Assembly: GCF_008831285.2 (NCBI RefSeq)
Contig: NC_045138.2
Location: forward strand, 14,384,001-14,448,000
From: Nymphaea colorata
Lineage: Eukaryota
Direction: 5' to 3'
DNA length: 64,000 nucleotides
A program made the translations under genes and the position numbers. This document shows, in pieces, positions 13,611-25,039 of the stretch; positions within the stretch are counted from its first letter, which is position 1; each line of letters begins with the position of its first letter. The notes under the pieces are model-generated. The model made no database searches. It was not told where the DNA came from and saw only the letters and a list, made by a program, of their open reading frames with translations.

Positions 13611-16279
13611 GATACAGAAACAGATGCGTGATCTACAGTTTCAGGGGATTCGAATTCCTCTTTCGCGGCAAACTGGGTACTGCTTTCGATCCCTCTTCTC
13701 TTCCGAGGTCAGAATCAAGATTGACGGCAGAGCCCACCGGCCTCCTTTGTTTCGTCCGACGGAAGATCGAACAGAGGAAAGTTGGTCCTTCTTGGCTTCC
13801 CCAAGATCAAAGAGAATTAGGGCCTTCACACCTTCCACTATGTAGAGGATCAGAGAGTGCGCCTTTTCCTTCCTTCGGACAAAAGATCAGAAGAAAGATG
13901 AGCACTCGAGATCCCTTCACGCCGGGAAGATGAAAATGAAAGCAGGATTCAAACAGAGATCTGAAAACGAAGAGGAATTAGGGTTCCATTTGGCACCTTT
14001 TCTTCTCCTTTTCCCTCCTTTGCTCTACGCGGCCTTCCTGCTACCACCGTGTTTGGGGAACGTCGAAAAGCATGATTTGTCGTGTTAAACGAAACGCGAG
14101 GCTCGGGTACGGACCGGATTATTGTGGACCCGGAATTCGATGAGCCGATCTGATTTTCAAAATCGAAATAAAGGAAACGGGAGACTTACTTAACGAGCAA
14201 GGACTAGGAGAGAGCTGTTCAAGAAGAAATTATGGTTTAGATTTTAAAGAAAGATGGAGTCCGCAACAATGTTATTGGAATGTCCTTTCAGTTGAATGAA
14301 TTTCAGAAAGATTCAAGAAATCAGCCGAATTCAATTAGAATGGGGATTGTTTTTTAATCTGATAAAGCTAAAAAAATTTCTTTTCAATTGAAATCTCAAA
14401 GAAAAAATTTTAAACTATAAGAAATTTACTAAAAATTTCTAAAAGTAACAAAATTCCACAACCATGTGCCGCATGTCTCCATTAAATAGGATGGTGTGTA
14501 GAAGGATTTAGAATCAAAACTGTCCTGATTCAGAAATTCGAATGGGCAAATTCAGGCTGATTCGTGTTGAATCGAGCCAAGCCCAGCTTTATTATTAGCC
14601 GATTATGCATCTGGTTCGTGTGACCAGAAGGTCTGTTCTTGGATCACTACTTTAAATTTGGCATGTTCGAATTTACTGGGAGTTGGGCCATATTCAAGAT
14701 TGGCAGAATTAGAATATCATGTACTTTCTCATCCTACAAGGTTGATAATATGTGCATGGACACATACACGTTGCCGCAGATTCACACGCAAAATCATACT
14801 AGGAATCGTAGTATGAACAACAAGAACAAGCAACAATGACGAAACAGACATCAGTTGTCCTAATTTCCCATCTGCAGGGAAGAACAGATGCAGCTAAGCC
14901 ACTGAACTGGTCATCTTCACTTTGATACGAGAAGCTTTTCCATTAGGAGCAACGGGTACGTGGAGATTCTATTGGGATAGAACAAAGAAAGGGATATGCC
15001 TAAGCTTCTTTCGAGTGCAGACGCTGAGTATTTTGCTTCAAAGAGGAAGAGATTACTTAGAAATGCCATTGTTTTCCTTTTCCATAGTCTGGTCAACAAA
15101 ATATTGCTAATATCTACATATGAGGACAGTTACAATACTCGGTTCGAGTACTTAAACAAGTACCTTCTCTTGTTACTACACAGGGAAGAGCACAGCAGGG
15201 CCTTGGAGCTCACCAAATTCTATAGTTTAATGGGAGGAGTCAGTCTTCTAAGTGATTGAGTCAAGTAATGTAGATGCGCCCTTACATATATTGGAAACAT
15301 CCAAAACTAGATTGGACGCACAACTCATCGTAAGAAATATAAGTTCAGTTTAGAGAGTTCACATTTTGTGGAGGCAGGCTGACGGCTGCCATGACAACTG
15401 AAGACAATAGGTTTTAGTTCTTCAGCTCTACACCGAGGCAGCAGCCAGCAAGAATATAAGCTGTGTAGAAAAGTGTAAACAAACAGACAGAGAACAGTAT
15501 CTTGAAGACCAATTTCCAGAGGCCCAAACAGCATGAGTTAGAGCAAAGCAGATCCACCAGTGTCGGTTGAAAGACCCCAAATTCTAAAAGAAACCCTAGC
15601 AGACTGTGGTGCATGAAAATCAAACTATGCTCTCGCCAGCCATCAATACTTAGCTCATCCGCTTCTGCTCTCACCTCACAGCCCAACTCTTCTGCTCTGA
15701 TTTTGACACGCCTAACTACCAGCAGTGAAGCTAGAAGACTGAACTACGCTGTAGCTCAAATATGGCGGCAAATAGAGGCAGAGATGACAGAAAAGGAGGA
15801 ATTCTTTTTTTTTTTTCATTTTTTCCCAGATGGTGACTGACCTGAAAAGGCCAGGAGGGAACAATGAGCAAATGGAGAGTGAACACTAGCACACAGAACA
15901 AAAACCAGCTTCAGCTGTTCATCCAACTCTACCTCTTTTTTGTGCAATTATACAAACAAAAACCAGCTTGACATAAAGTATCTCAGTTGCCAATGTCAGG
16001 AAGCAGGCACAATTTCTTGGCGAAAATGGTACAGTTCTAACTAGTTCTTAAGGCCTCCCTACAGCTACAGAAGCCATGACTACTGCAGGCAGAGCAAGAA
16101 ATCGTGAACTACGGCACCTAAGTTTCTTGCAACGAACTCATACAGGCGATACACAGATTATATCAAAATTTTGAAATTCCAGAAAGAAGAAAACCAAGAC
16201 AGACTTTCCAGCTTAGAAGAACGCAGTGTAGCATTCTCAAACTAGACGAGCTAACGAACTGCAAATAATCAATAATTAT

Positions 16280-17449
16280 TCAATTATATATAGTTACAGG
16301 AGGTATCTTGAATTTGGAACCCTCAAGAAACGGTATAGAATCTGGGTGTTCAACCAAATCCTTGTAGAAGATGTATTCTGCCTCGTAGTCATGCAAATGA
16401 AGCTCAGCTTTCTGGTTGGTATGGTAGTGATGCTTCGCGTCTGCTGACTTACCAAAACCAAAAACACTAACCTTATCGCACAAACCCACAGCAAGCATGA
16501 TTGCCTGCATTCCCGATGAATAATGGAACATGCTGCCATCATGGGCAGCGCCCCATTCTTCCACAGATTTCCCTGTGAGTTCAACGAACCGCTTCAAGGA
16601 GTAGTACTTGACTATTCGCGCACACAGTATGTCGAAACGAGCATCTGTGATGATTAATGGCGCATTATGGGAACGATTGCAGAATGTGAAATCCATGAAG
16701 TGCACAGCTTGGCAAATGTACATCACCATGGGGACTTTTTCTCCATAGGGATGGCAAAAGCAGCTCATTCTGCGTGCGCAGAGGTGTAAGATATTGCTAT
16801 TGACGAACGAGATTGTTGTCTTCCATCCAACATTTTTCTGAAACCCTTCAATCCTGGCATTGTTCAGTCTGATCACAGCTTCATGGCCGTCAATAAGTGC
16901 CCCGTATTCTTTCTTCAGCAGAATCCCGCTGTTCCCTACCACCGCACAAGAAGCATATCGGCTGTTGTTCTGAGGTAAACCATAATGCCGGTCAATGGGA
17001 TGCTTAACAAGCGATACCAATTCCTCCATGACCTCAGGATGGAACCTCTTGTTCCTTACCCAATCCCTCAGTGATTTTCTGAACTCTGGCCACAGACTGT
17101 GGTACCTGAAGTTCATGAGCTGAACAGGAATCCGATTAGACCGAACATGTTTAGCCTCATGGTTATCATGGCGCCAGGAAGATATGGATCTGTAGCGGCC
17201 GTGAGGATAATTCCCTTCTAGCAAATCAGTGATCTCTTTCCGAACATTTGATTCTCCAATCTCGGTTGCAGCATAGCTCAGGAAGGTGGCGTTGTGAACG
17301 GCAGGGGGCAAAGAACTAATTGTGGGAGTAGAGCTTGCTTCTGAATTTGCAGAATTGAAACTTCGGCGAACTGCAGCGTGGAAACTGAAGAAAGTGCAAA
17401 GAAGAACCAGCAAGAAAATGATGAAAAGGGGCCTAATTGGTCGTTTCAT
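16280..17449 (-). CDS. GALT29A: GT29 sialyltransferase-like protein (beta-1,6-galactosyltransferase GALT29A-like), type II Golgi membrane protein
   Basis: Sialylmotif L ([11 protein letters not shown]...[13 protein letters not shown]), motif S ([22 protein letters not shown]), HHYH and VS motif HDYEAE are present. The MKRPIRPLF start plus TM anchor resembles the Arabidopsis GALT29A N-terminus as I recall it. Start set at ATG 17449. Confidence 0.92.
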   Translation of the reverse strand: MKRPIRPLFIIFLLVLLCTFFSFHAAVRRSFNSANSEASSTPTISSLPPAVHNATFLSYAATEIGESNVRKEITDLLEGNYPHGRYRSISSWRHDNHEAKHVRSNRIPVQLMNFRYHSLWPEFRKSLRDWVRNKRFHPEVMEELVSLVKHPIDRHYGLPQNNSRYASCAVVGNSGILLKKEYGALIDGHEAVIRLNNARIEGFQKNVGWKTTISFVNSNILHLCARRMSCFCHPYGEKVPMVMYICQAVHFMDFTFCNRSHNAPLIITDARFDILCARIVKYYSLKRFVELTGKSVEEWGAAHDGSMFHYSSGMQAIMLAVGLCDKVSVFGFGKSADAKHHYHTNQKAELHLHDYEAEYIFYKDLVEHPDSIPFLEGSKFKIPPVTIYN

Positions 17450-20200
17450 TTGGGAGATCTTGGGAAGGAGGAGCCGATGGTGGTTAAAGGAATGGGACAG
17501 GCCTAAAAGGAAGGATGAGAGACCAGGCAGCTCTAAATGAAAGGCACGCCATTTTCCAAGTAAACCTTGCATCAGCACACGAAAGAGACGAGACGTTCCA
17601 CCAGGAGGATTGTCACTGTAATCTTTTCTTGTAGGGGGGAGAAACCAAATTTATGTGAAACGTAGTCGATTCTAAGCTCTCCATAAATTCAAACAACTCA
17701 TGCCTGCCAACCCCTCTCTTCCCTCTCTCCACAGAGAGGGGATGGAGGGAGAGAGAGAGGGGTGCTACAAGCACAACCTGCTCACAGAGAACGACCTTTC
17801 AGCTGAAGGGAGGGGAGAGGGAGAACACGTAACCCGGAAACGGCCCAGGCTACGCTTGGAGGAAAAAAGATGGGATAAACAAAGGGGAATCCGAATTAAA
17901 AAAACAAGATGATCAGCAGGAGCGAAACGAGAAATTTAAACTCCACAAATCCAGAAACAAACCAGAAAGAAGCGCCAAATGCAATATCCTCAACAGATCG
18001 AACCATAGAAACAGAGATAAAAGATAAAAGATTAAGGACCAACCAAATCAGCAGCCACTAACACCTCACCTTCTTCACCAGCATCCACAAAACAATCACC
18101 CGATTATCATTCAGCCCACAAAAGAGCAAGCAAAACCTCCAAAACTGAACCCCTCAGGTCTTCTTCAACAAGAAGCTGCGACCTTTCCGGAATCCGTTAT
18201 TCTCTCTCTCTCTCTCTCTCTCGGGGTCTACCTTTTAGTTCCCGGTCTTTGTTTTATCTGAATGCTCCGGTTTAGACCGCTAGTTGGACATTAATGGCGA
18301 AACGTCTCTTCCACGACCACTGGACCAGACAGTTCTTTCAATTTTACGATAAAAAAATATATATATTTTTCTTTGTTTCCATGGAGGATCGCCTCCCGAT
18401 TGAAGGAACTTTTGCTCTGCTCCAGCATTTTTTAACTTTACATGAATCTGTTGATCACATCATATGGATCCGATGCCAAACGAAGCTTTCATCTTGAGAT
18501 CCATTAATGTAAAAACCATCTTTTTTACGCTCTTTTTCTTTTCATTCAATTCACCTCCAGATCTTAAAGACAACGTAAGATACCATAATAAGGATCTTAA
18601 AGTACAGAAAATTATAAATATTTCAATATGTTAAAATGGTAGATTGGAAGGTTTGGTAGAGTGTTACTCCTCTATGTTGTAAACGGTAATATGTGCGATT
18701 TAAAAACATATATTATAGGACTATTCAGGTCTCGAAACAGCCATGCATGTTGTTTTTGGAAAACTTCCAAAACATAAAATATATACTAATATTGTTAAAA
18801 AGTTATTTCGATTCGATTTTATTCACAGCATTAGTGGTCGCATAGCATATACTCTTCGCTCTTAAAATATTTTAATGCCTTATTAAATTAATTTCGCATA
18901 TTATTTACTTATTAAAAAAGAAAACGCAATAAATAGTTTCTGCCAATTCAACAATTCCATTATTTGATCCAATCTCTGACTTTTCCACGCTGCAAGTTTT
19001 ATTTATTTGCACAGAATGTTTGCTAGATACTTGGCTTACTTTCTGTTTGCACCTAAATATGTAGGAGACTTGAGCACACTGCTTAATCAAGTAGAAGAGG
19101 CACCAACCAGTCGCACCTACCATTCACCAAGTGAAATGCAGATGCAGCACAGGTGCATCGGCTCCTATAGTGAAAAACCATGTTTGAATATCTTTTCTTG
19201 TTATTTTTTTGTATTTTTCAATAATAAGAAATAACAATTTATCAATTCAAATTGAAGGGTGAGCCATGATTTGGACTCAAATCGGGTGATTTTTTTTTAG
19301 TCAACTAAAACTGAATAACATGTGGCACGAGTATTTATGCATTTTAAGTAAAATTTACGACATTTAACAATTAAAAAATTAACAAAATTTAGTATTAAAC
19401 AATGCACGACATGGAAAAACATGTAATTAGTTAACAAACTCTTAATGAGCCAGTAAATGGGCGATCCTCGTCGACTAAGACGACTCAGGTCGACTCTTAA
19501 TACGAGAGAGCAGCAATTTTGTCTCTCTTTTACGATGACCGCCATAAAACAAGTAAAATATAACTTGGCCAAGTTCAAATCTAAGCGGCGTTTGATAAGG
19601 TGGAATTCTACGGATGAACTGCAAACAAAATTCGATTTTTTAAAACTTGCACCGCACCATCAAACGGGGAATTAAAAGTGACTGGTTTTTACGAGCCTTA
19701 CCAGGTCTGGGATCAAACTGCCTGGATTGAAATCCCCCGCCTAGATCCTTCTTTGTTCCCGTTAGGGCTGCGTTGATGCTCCTCGCTCTCTCTCTCTCTC
19801 GGCACCGTGTCTTCAATCTGCCGCGTACATGTGCTGCAGCAGCAGCTGAGGTACCATCTCGGAGCACAACACCTTCGCATTTGACTGGTACCCGTCTCTC
19901 TCTCTCTCCCTCTCTCTCTTGGACGATCATCCATGGGCACTATTTGGGAATGATTTCTTCCGTGAGGTTTGCCATATTCAATCTGCTTGTTTTGAGTTTC
20001 ATTTTCGCTGGGTATATATGTGAGTCTTCTGGCTGAAAGATTGAAATGCCCTCTCTCTCTCTCTCTTTCTTGCATACGGTATTTGGATGCTTATGCTTCA
20101 TTTGTGCAGAGAAGTTTGTGGCTTTTTTTTTTTTTCCTACGCAACTGTTTTTTTGTGAAGAAGTTAAATTCTTTCTGAGATTTAAGCTGGTGGTTCTTTG

Positions 20201-20241
20201 TAGCTTTCAAGAAGGTTGCTAGCTTTCAAGAAGGTTGCTAG
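20201..20241. repeat. perfect 19-bp tandem duplication (tagctttcaagaaggttgc)x2
   Basis: Identical units at 20201-20219 and 20220-20238, followed by tag. Confidence 0.95.
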
Positions 20242-22825
20242 TCGCGTGCTTCTAGTTTTGTTGTCTTGGAGAATTTTCTGCCGTGTAATTGGATGGCTAG
20301 GTCCTGTATTGGAAGGATCATGTTGTGTAGGCGGAAGCTCTATATTTTAGCTGTATGATGTTCTATATTTGATCTAATGTCTCTCCCTCTCCGCAGGCAT
20401 CTGTTTTAAGAGGTTTCTTGTTCTTTGAAATTCTATTATTCGTATAGGGGAAATGCTTTCACTGAGAAATACTCGATGAAGTTTCCCCTCTTTCCGTTGT
20501 TTGCCACAATAGTCTGTGTATTATTTTCGAGCGATATTTGGTGAATCTTCTTCTATGTGTTTAAATTTTGAAAGGCAATTGCTGCGGCAGGGAGGAGGTG
20601 GATTTGCCATATGTTAGATTCCACCTCAGGGGCATGCTTCTGTGCAGCTCCCTTTTCTGATACCATCTTCCATTATTGATATTACTTCATGTAGGATTTT
20701 CAGTTTCAGAAGCTTTCTGCAGGAACTTTAGTCTGCTTGCATTCGCTTCTATCTGGTTGTTCATATAATCTTCCTTTCACGATTTAAATTGATCCAGATA
20801 GGCTCTTCATCATGCACTCTTTCAACTATAGTGCGGTTCTAAAGAATCAGGTCCATGTTTCTCAAAGAAGCACCTGCTTCTCCTACTCCAGCCAGTGAGT
20901 TCATCCGAGTAACCACAGTGGCACTCCCAACTCTGCTGCCACTGACAATGGAGAAAGCGGCAGCAGCAGAGAAGAAGCTTCCATAGTGGATGCCTCTCTC
21001 CCTCATAATGCAGATCTTGAAGATCATTGTGTTATAAGTATATCCTTGTACTAAGAAATTTGTATATTTAAGCGTGTGGAATTCCATGGATGTATATTTA
21101 ATTTAAATCTCTAAAATACCAAGAATTTTTTATAGTTTATCACCCCTACAGTACTTTGCAATAAATTTAGATAATACATTGCAAATTTGTTGAAAGGATT
21201 GTTTCCCTTCGTTGATTTTATGTCCTCATAAAAATCCAATGGATTGTATCTCGATATTTTGTCTAGATCTATAAATTTTGGTTGGATTAAAAAAATTGAC
21301 TAAAATTCAGCTGAAAATAGCCAGATGACACTAGACTGCCATTAATAGTACTAAAGTGCTTGGTGTATTGGCTTATGACTGGTTTAACATGTTTTTCATT
21401 TTTCTTTCAGTTAATTCTTTTTTGCATTTTTGTGATTATACTTGTGTTTGTGTGTGTGTCCAACAGGTTTGTATATTTGAACTTTTTAACTGCACCTTTC
21501 ATTTTTAAATATTTTTTCATTTGTGTTTGGCACAATCTTGGGTATGATTAATGTGATCTTTATATTCAAACATTATGAATCTTTTAAAAGTTAATGTATT
21601 TTGAATACGAGAATCTTTTAAAAATTATAGGCTTTAAAGTGTGCATATCAAATTTATATAATTATTATTTTATTTAAAGAAACTTTGAACGTGAAGACCT
21701 CTAAAAGTAAAAGAATAAGATATACAATAACTTTTTCTGTAGTGTGACCTTATAAGCGTTTAACTAAATTGATTAATGATCTGTACTAGGTTTTTATGGT
21801 TTTTTTTTTTATATCTTTTGGTACATATAATATCCATTTCAATGCATGGGTTGGTCTAGCTTTGTCTGAAGTTAAGTGACAGCTTCATTTTTAACTGCAC
21901 TTTTGTTAGCCTCATTGTATTTCTTATTTTTTTTTAACTAAATCTCTATGCTGATCAGTTTTTTACTGCTTTATTAATTAGAACGAGCAAGCATCAATAC
22001 ATTTTTTTTTTTTTGTATTCAGTAATATCTTCCTTTCTTGCTTCTTCACATTTCTTATTGGAAATTTGTCTTCGCATACATTGCTAACTTTTTCATTAAT
22101 ATTTTTGAATGATGCATTATGAGTTCACTGAACTGTAGTAATTTTATAATTTGCTTCTCCTTATAGGCAGTTGCTTGTCAAGCTTGTGGTGGGTCGGGCT
22201 TCTTTTTAACATTTTACCAATTGTGAGAATTGCAGTTCTTATGTGGTGCATCAGTACTTAATTTGTGATTACAACATTCACTCAATATGTTTTCTCGAAA
22301 CTGCAGGTACTGCCCCCAGTCATGCACAGGCTTACCAGCGGAAAAAAAAAAAATTCCAAGGTCCTCTCGAAGCAGATCAACAATAATAAGGTAAACCATG
22401 ATCAATTATGATGTTAATTGTGGTACTAAAAATATGAGTTGTATTTCATTGTCATTTACTGTTTTTTTTAAGTTATGGGAACCTATAACAGGCTTGGAAA
22501 AAAGAATGGAACATGTCGAGTGGAAAGTTGTGCTGCTGAATTGGGAGATCAACCGCATCCATGACAAGATGTTCCAATTATTCTGTTGAGAGGGTTTGTT
22601 TTTGCCTATGGGAAGCGGTTATGCACATAGGACAAAGTTAAGGTGACTCGTTAATTGTTGAAAGGATGTCGAACCCCAAGCAAAGTGGAGGGTACTCTAG
22701 GACTGAAGGCTCCACCAAGTAGAGGTCTGCCTTGCTGCATTAGCCATCTCTCGGCCACCTGGAGCTCCTTACAGTAAGCATCCTCTTCATACCTTTTGCC
22801 CTTCAATCCTATCCCATACCCTCTG

Positions 22826-25039
22826 ATGCTGGTCAGTTTAAGCATAAAGGCTACAACGGCCACCAAGAACTCCTTCCCAGTAAGTATCCTCCTTAAACCT
22901 GTCTTCCTTCCTTCTTTTCTCTCCCTTTGTTTCCTTCGATCCCTAAACTTCAGCAGTGCCATCATCAACCCCCCACATAGTGGCGATGACGCCCACCTTG
23001 TGAACCTCATCAGCACCACCATTGCTAGAAATCCTGGACATTTCCCTCGCCGATTCGCTGGCACCCACCTTCCCAGCCTGACCGATTCAGTGGTGATTCG
23101 AGTCTTCAACTCGATTAGGAATCAACCTAAGACTGCCCTTCGCTTCTTCCGCTGGGCCGAGCAGCAGCCCGGCTTCGAGCCCTCTGCTGGATGTTTCTGC
23201 ACTGTGCTGGAGATGCTTGTTGATGTCGGGCTCACTCCCTCTGCCCACTGCGTTTTGGAGGATGTGATTAGGCTGAATTGCCATGAAATTTTGGACGTTT
23301 TGATTGATGGGCATGTGAAACATGCTTCTGCTATTCGGATTCTCGATCTCCTCCTGTGGATTTATACCAAGCAATCAATGGTTGAACACTCTCTTATGGC
23401 TTTTTATCGGATGATTGGAAGTGGGTACCTGCCAGACGTTCGGAACTGTAACCGGGTTCTTAGATTGCTAAGGAATCATGGGTCTCCTGAAAAGGCAAGA
23501 GAGGTTTACAAATCGATGAAGAAATTCGGTATCACGCCTACCATTGTCACATTCAACACGATGCTTGATTCTTACTGCAAGGAAGGGAAGGTTCAAGATG
23601 CCCTGGAGTTGTTGGAAGAGATGCAATCGAAGGGATGCGTGCCTAGTGATGTTACATATAATGTGTTGATCAATGGGCTATCCAAGGAAGGAAAGTTGGC
23701 AAAAGCAGAGGACTTGATACGTGAAATGTTGAACTCGGGATTGAAAGTTTCAGCCTACACGTATAATCCTTTGATTTATGGTTGTTTTGCTAGCGGTAGT
23801 GTTTTTGAAGCTTTTAGATTTAGGGATGAGATGGAGAGGAAAGGAGTTCTTCCTACTGTTACGACGTTCAATACATTTCTCAGTGGCCTATGTAAGAGAG
23901 GAAGGCTGGTTGAAGCTAGGCAGCAATTCGAGGAGATGTTGAAGAAGAACCTAAGCCCTGATATTGTTTCTTACAACACCTTGATTGATGGGTACTGCAA
24001 AGTTGGGGATCTGAGAGAGGCCTTTCTGCTTTTTAATGATTTGAAAAGCAAGGGAATAATTCCTACAAATGTAACATATAATACACTTATTGATGGCCTT
24101 TGTCGAATCGGAGAGCTGTCAAAGGCAAGGAGTTTTATGGAAGAGATGATCAGTCAGGCCTTCATTCCTGATGTTCTTACCTATACTTCTCTTATTAATG
24201 GATCTTGCAAGACTGGTAACCTTGTCATGGGAAAGGAGCTTTTCGATGAGATGATTGGCAAGGGCATATATCCAGACCAGTACACTTACACTGCTAGGAT
24301 TGATGCTGAGTTAAAGTCAGGAAATGTCCATGAAGCGTTTCATTTGCGTGAAGAGATGGTGAACAAGGGGGTGCTTCCTAATTTGATTACTTATAATGTT
24401 TTGATCGATGGACTATGTAAATTGGGCAATCTAGAGGACGCTTATGAGCTATTACAGAGGATGGTTGAGGATGGGTTTGTCCCAGATTGCATGACATACA
24501 CTTCTCTAATCTATGCACGTTGTGAGAATGGCGAACTCAGAATAGCAAGGGAAATTTTCAGCGAGATGCAAACTCGGGGCTTGTTGCCAACCGTTGTAAC
24601 TTACACCATTTTGATTCATGCTCATGCCCGTGAAGGTAGGTTGGGTGGTGCGTACAGATTTTTCAATGAGATGATAGAGAAGGAATTATTACCCAATGAG
24701 ATCACCTACAATGCTTTGATACATGGACATTGTAGGATGGGGGGACTTGCAGAAGCTTACAAGGTCTTCCATGCGATGGAAGAGGAAGGTCTGTCTCCCA
24801 ATAAATATACATACACGTTACTTATAAACGAGAACTGCAATGTGGATAACTTGCAGGAGGCTCTGAGACTGTACAGTGAAATGCTGCAGAGAGATATTAG
24901 ACCGGATTCATGTACTCATAGTGCATTGCTCAAGCATGTCCGCAAAGACCATGTACTTCATTCAAGTGAAGTTTTAGAGAACGAAGTTTTGGCTGATTAT
25001 AATGTTGGAAAAGGCCCTTCTTTGGTAGATGTACATTGA
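22826..25039 (+). CDS. P-class pentatricopeptide repeat protein, probably mitochondrial (At1g22960-like)
   Basis: Intronless ORF with tandem 35-aa repeats (VTYNVLINGLSKEG, VSYNTLIDGYCKVG etc.). LDLLLWIYTK and ALRFFRW match the At1g22960 family as I recall it. First in-frame ATG is 22826; the ORF-track start at 22796 is TTG. Confidence 0.93.
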   Translation: MLVSLSIKATTATKNSFPVSILLKPVFLPSFLSLCFLRSLNFSSAIINPPHSGDDAHLVNLISTTIARNPGHFPRRFAGTHLPSLTDSVVIRVFNSIRNQPKTALRFFRWAEQQPGFEPSAGCFCTVLEMLVDVGLTPSAHCVLEDVIRLNCHEILDVLIDGHVKHASAIRILDLLLWIYTKQSMVEHSLMAFYRMIGSGYLPDVRNCNRVLRLLRNHGSPEKAREVYKSMKKFGITPTIVTFNTMLDSYCKEGKVQDALELLEEMQSKGCVPSDVTYNVLINGLSKEGKLAKAEDLIREMLNSGLKVSAYTYNPLIYGCFASGSVFEAFRFRDEMERKGVLPTVTTFNTFLSGLCKRGRLVEARQQFEEMLKKNLSPDIVSYNTLIDGYCKVGDLREAFLLFNDLKSKGIIPTNVTYNTLIDGLCRIGELSKARSFMEEMISQAFIPDVLTYTSLINGSCKTGNLVMGKELFDEMIGKGIYPDQYTYTARIDAELKSGNVHEAFHLREEMVNKGVLPNLITYNVLIDGLCKLGNLEDAYELLQRMVEDGFVPDCMTYTSLIYARCENGELRIAREIFSEMQTRGLLPTVVTYTILIHAHAREGRLGGAYRFFNEMIEKELLPNEITYNALIHGHCRMGGLAEAYKVFHAMEEEGLSPNKYTYTLLINENCNVDNLQEALRLYSEMLQRDIRPDSCTHSALLKHVRKDHVLHSSEVLENEVLADYNVGKGPSLVDVH

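Noticed and set aside
13102..13933. Several + strand ORFs over the Yip1 gene and its leader
   Set aside because: Antisense shadow ORFs of GC-rich coding and leader sequence.
20446..20627. Two imperfect hairpins (aggggaaa/tttcccct and gaggtgga/tccacctc) suggesting a snoRNA or miRNA
   Set aside because: 8-bp stems are expected by chance in 64 kb, there are no convincing H/ACA or C/D boxes, and they are too short for a miRNA precursor.
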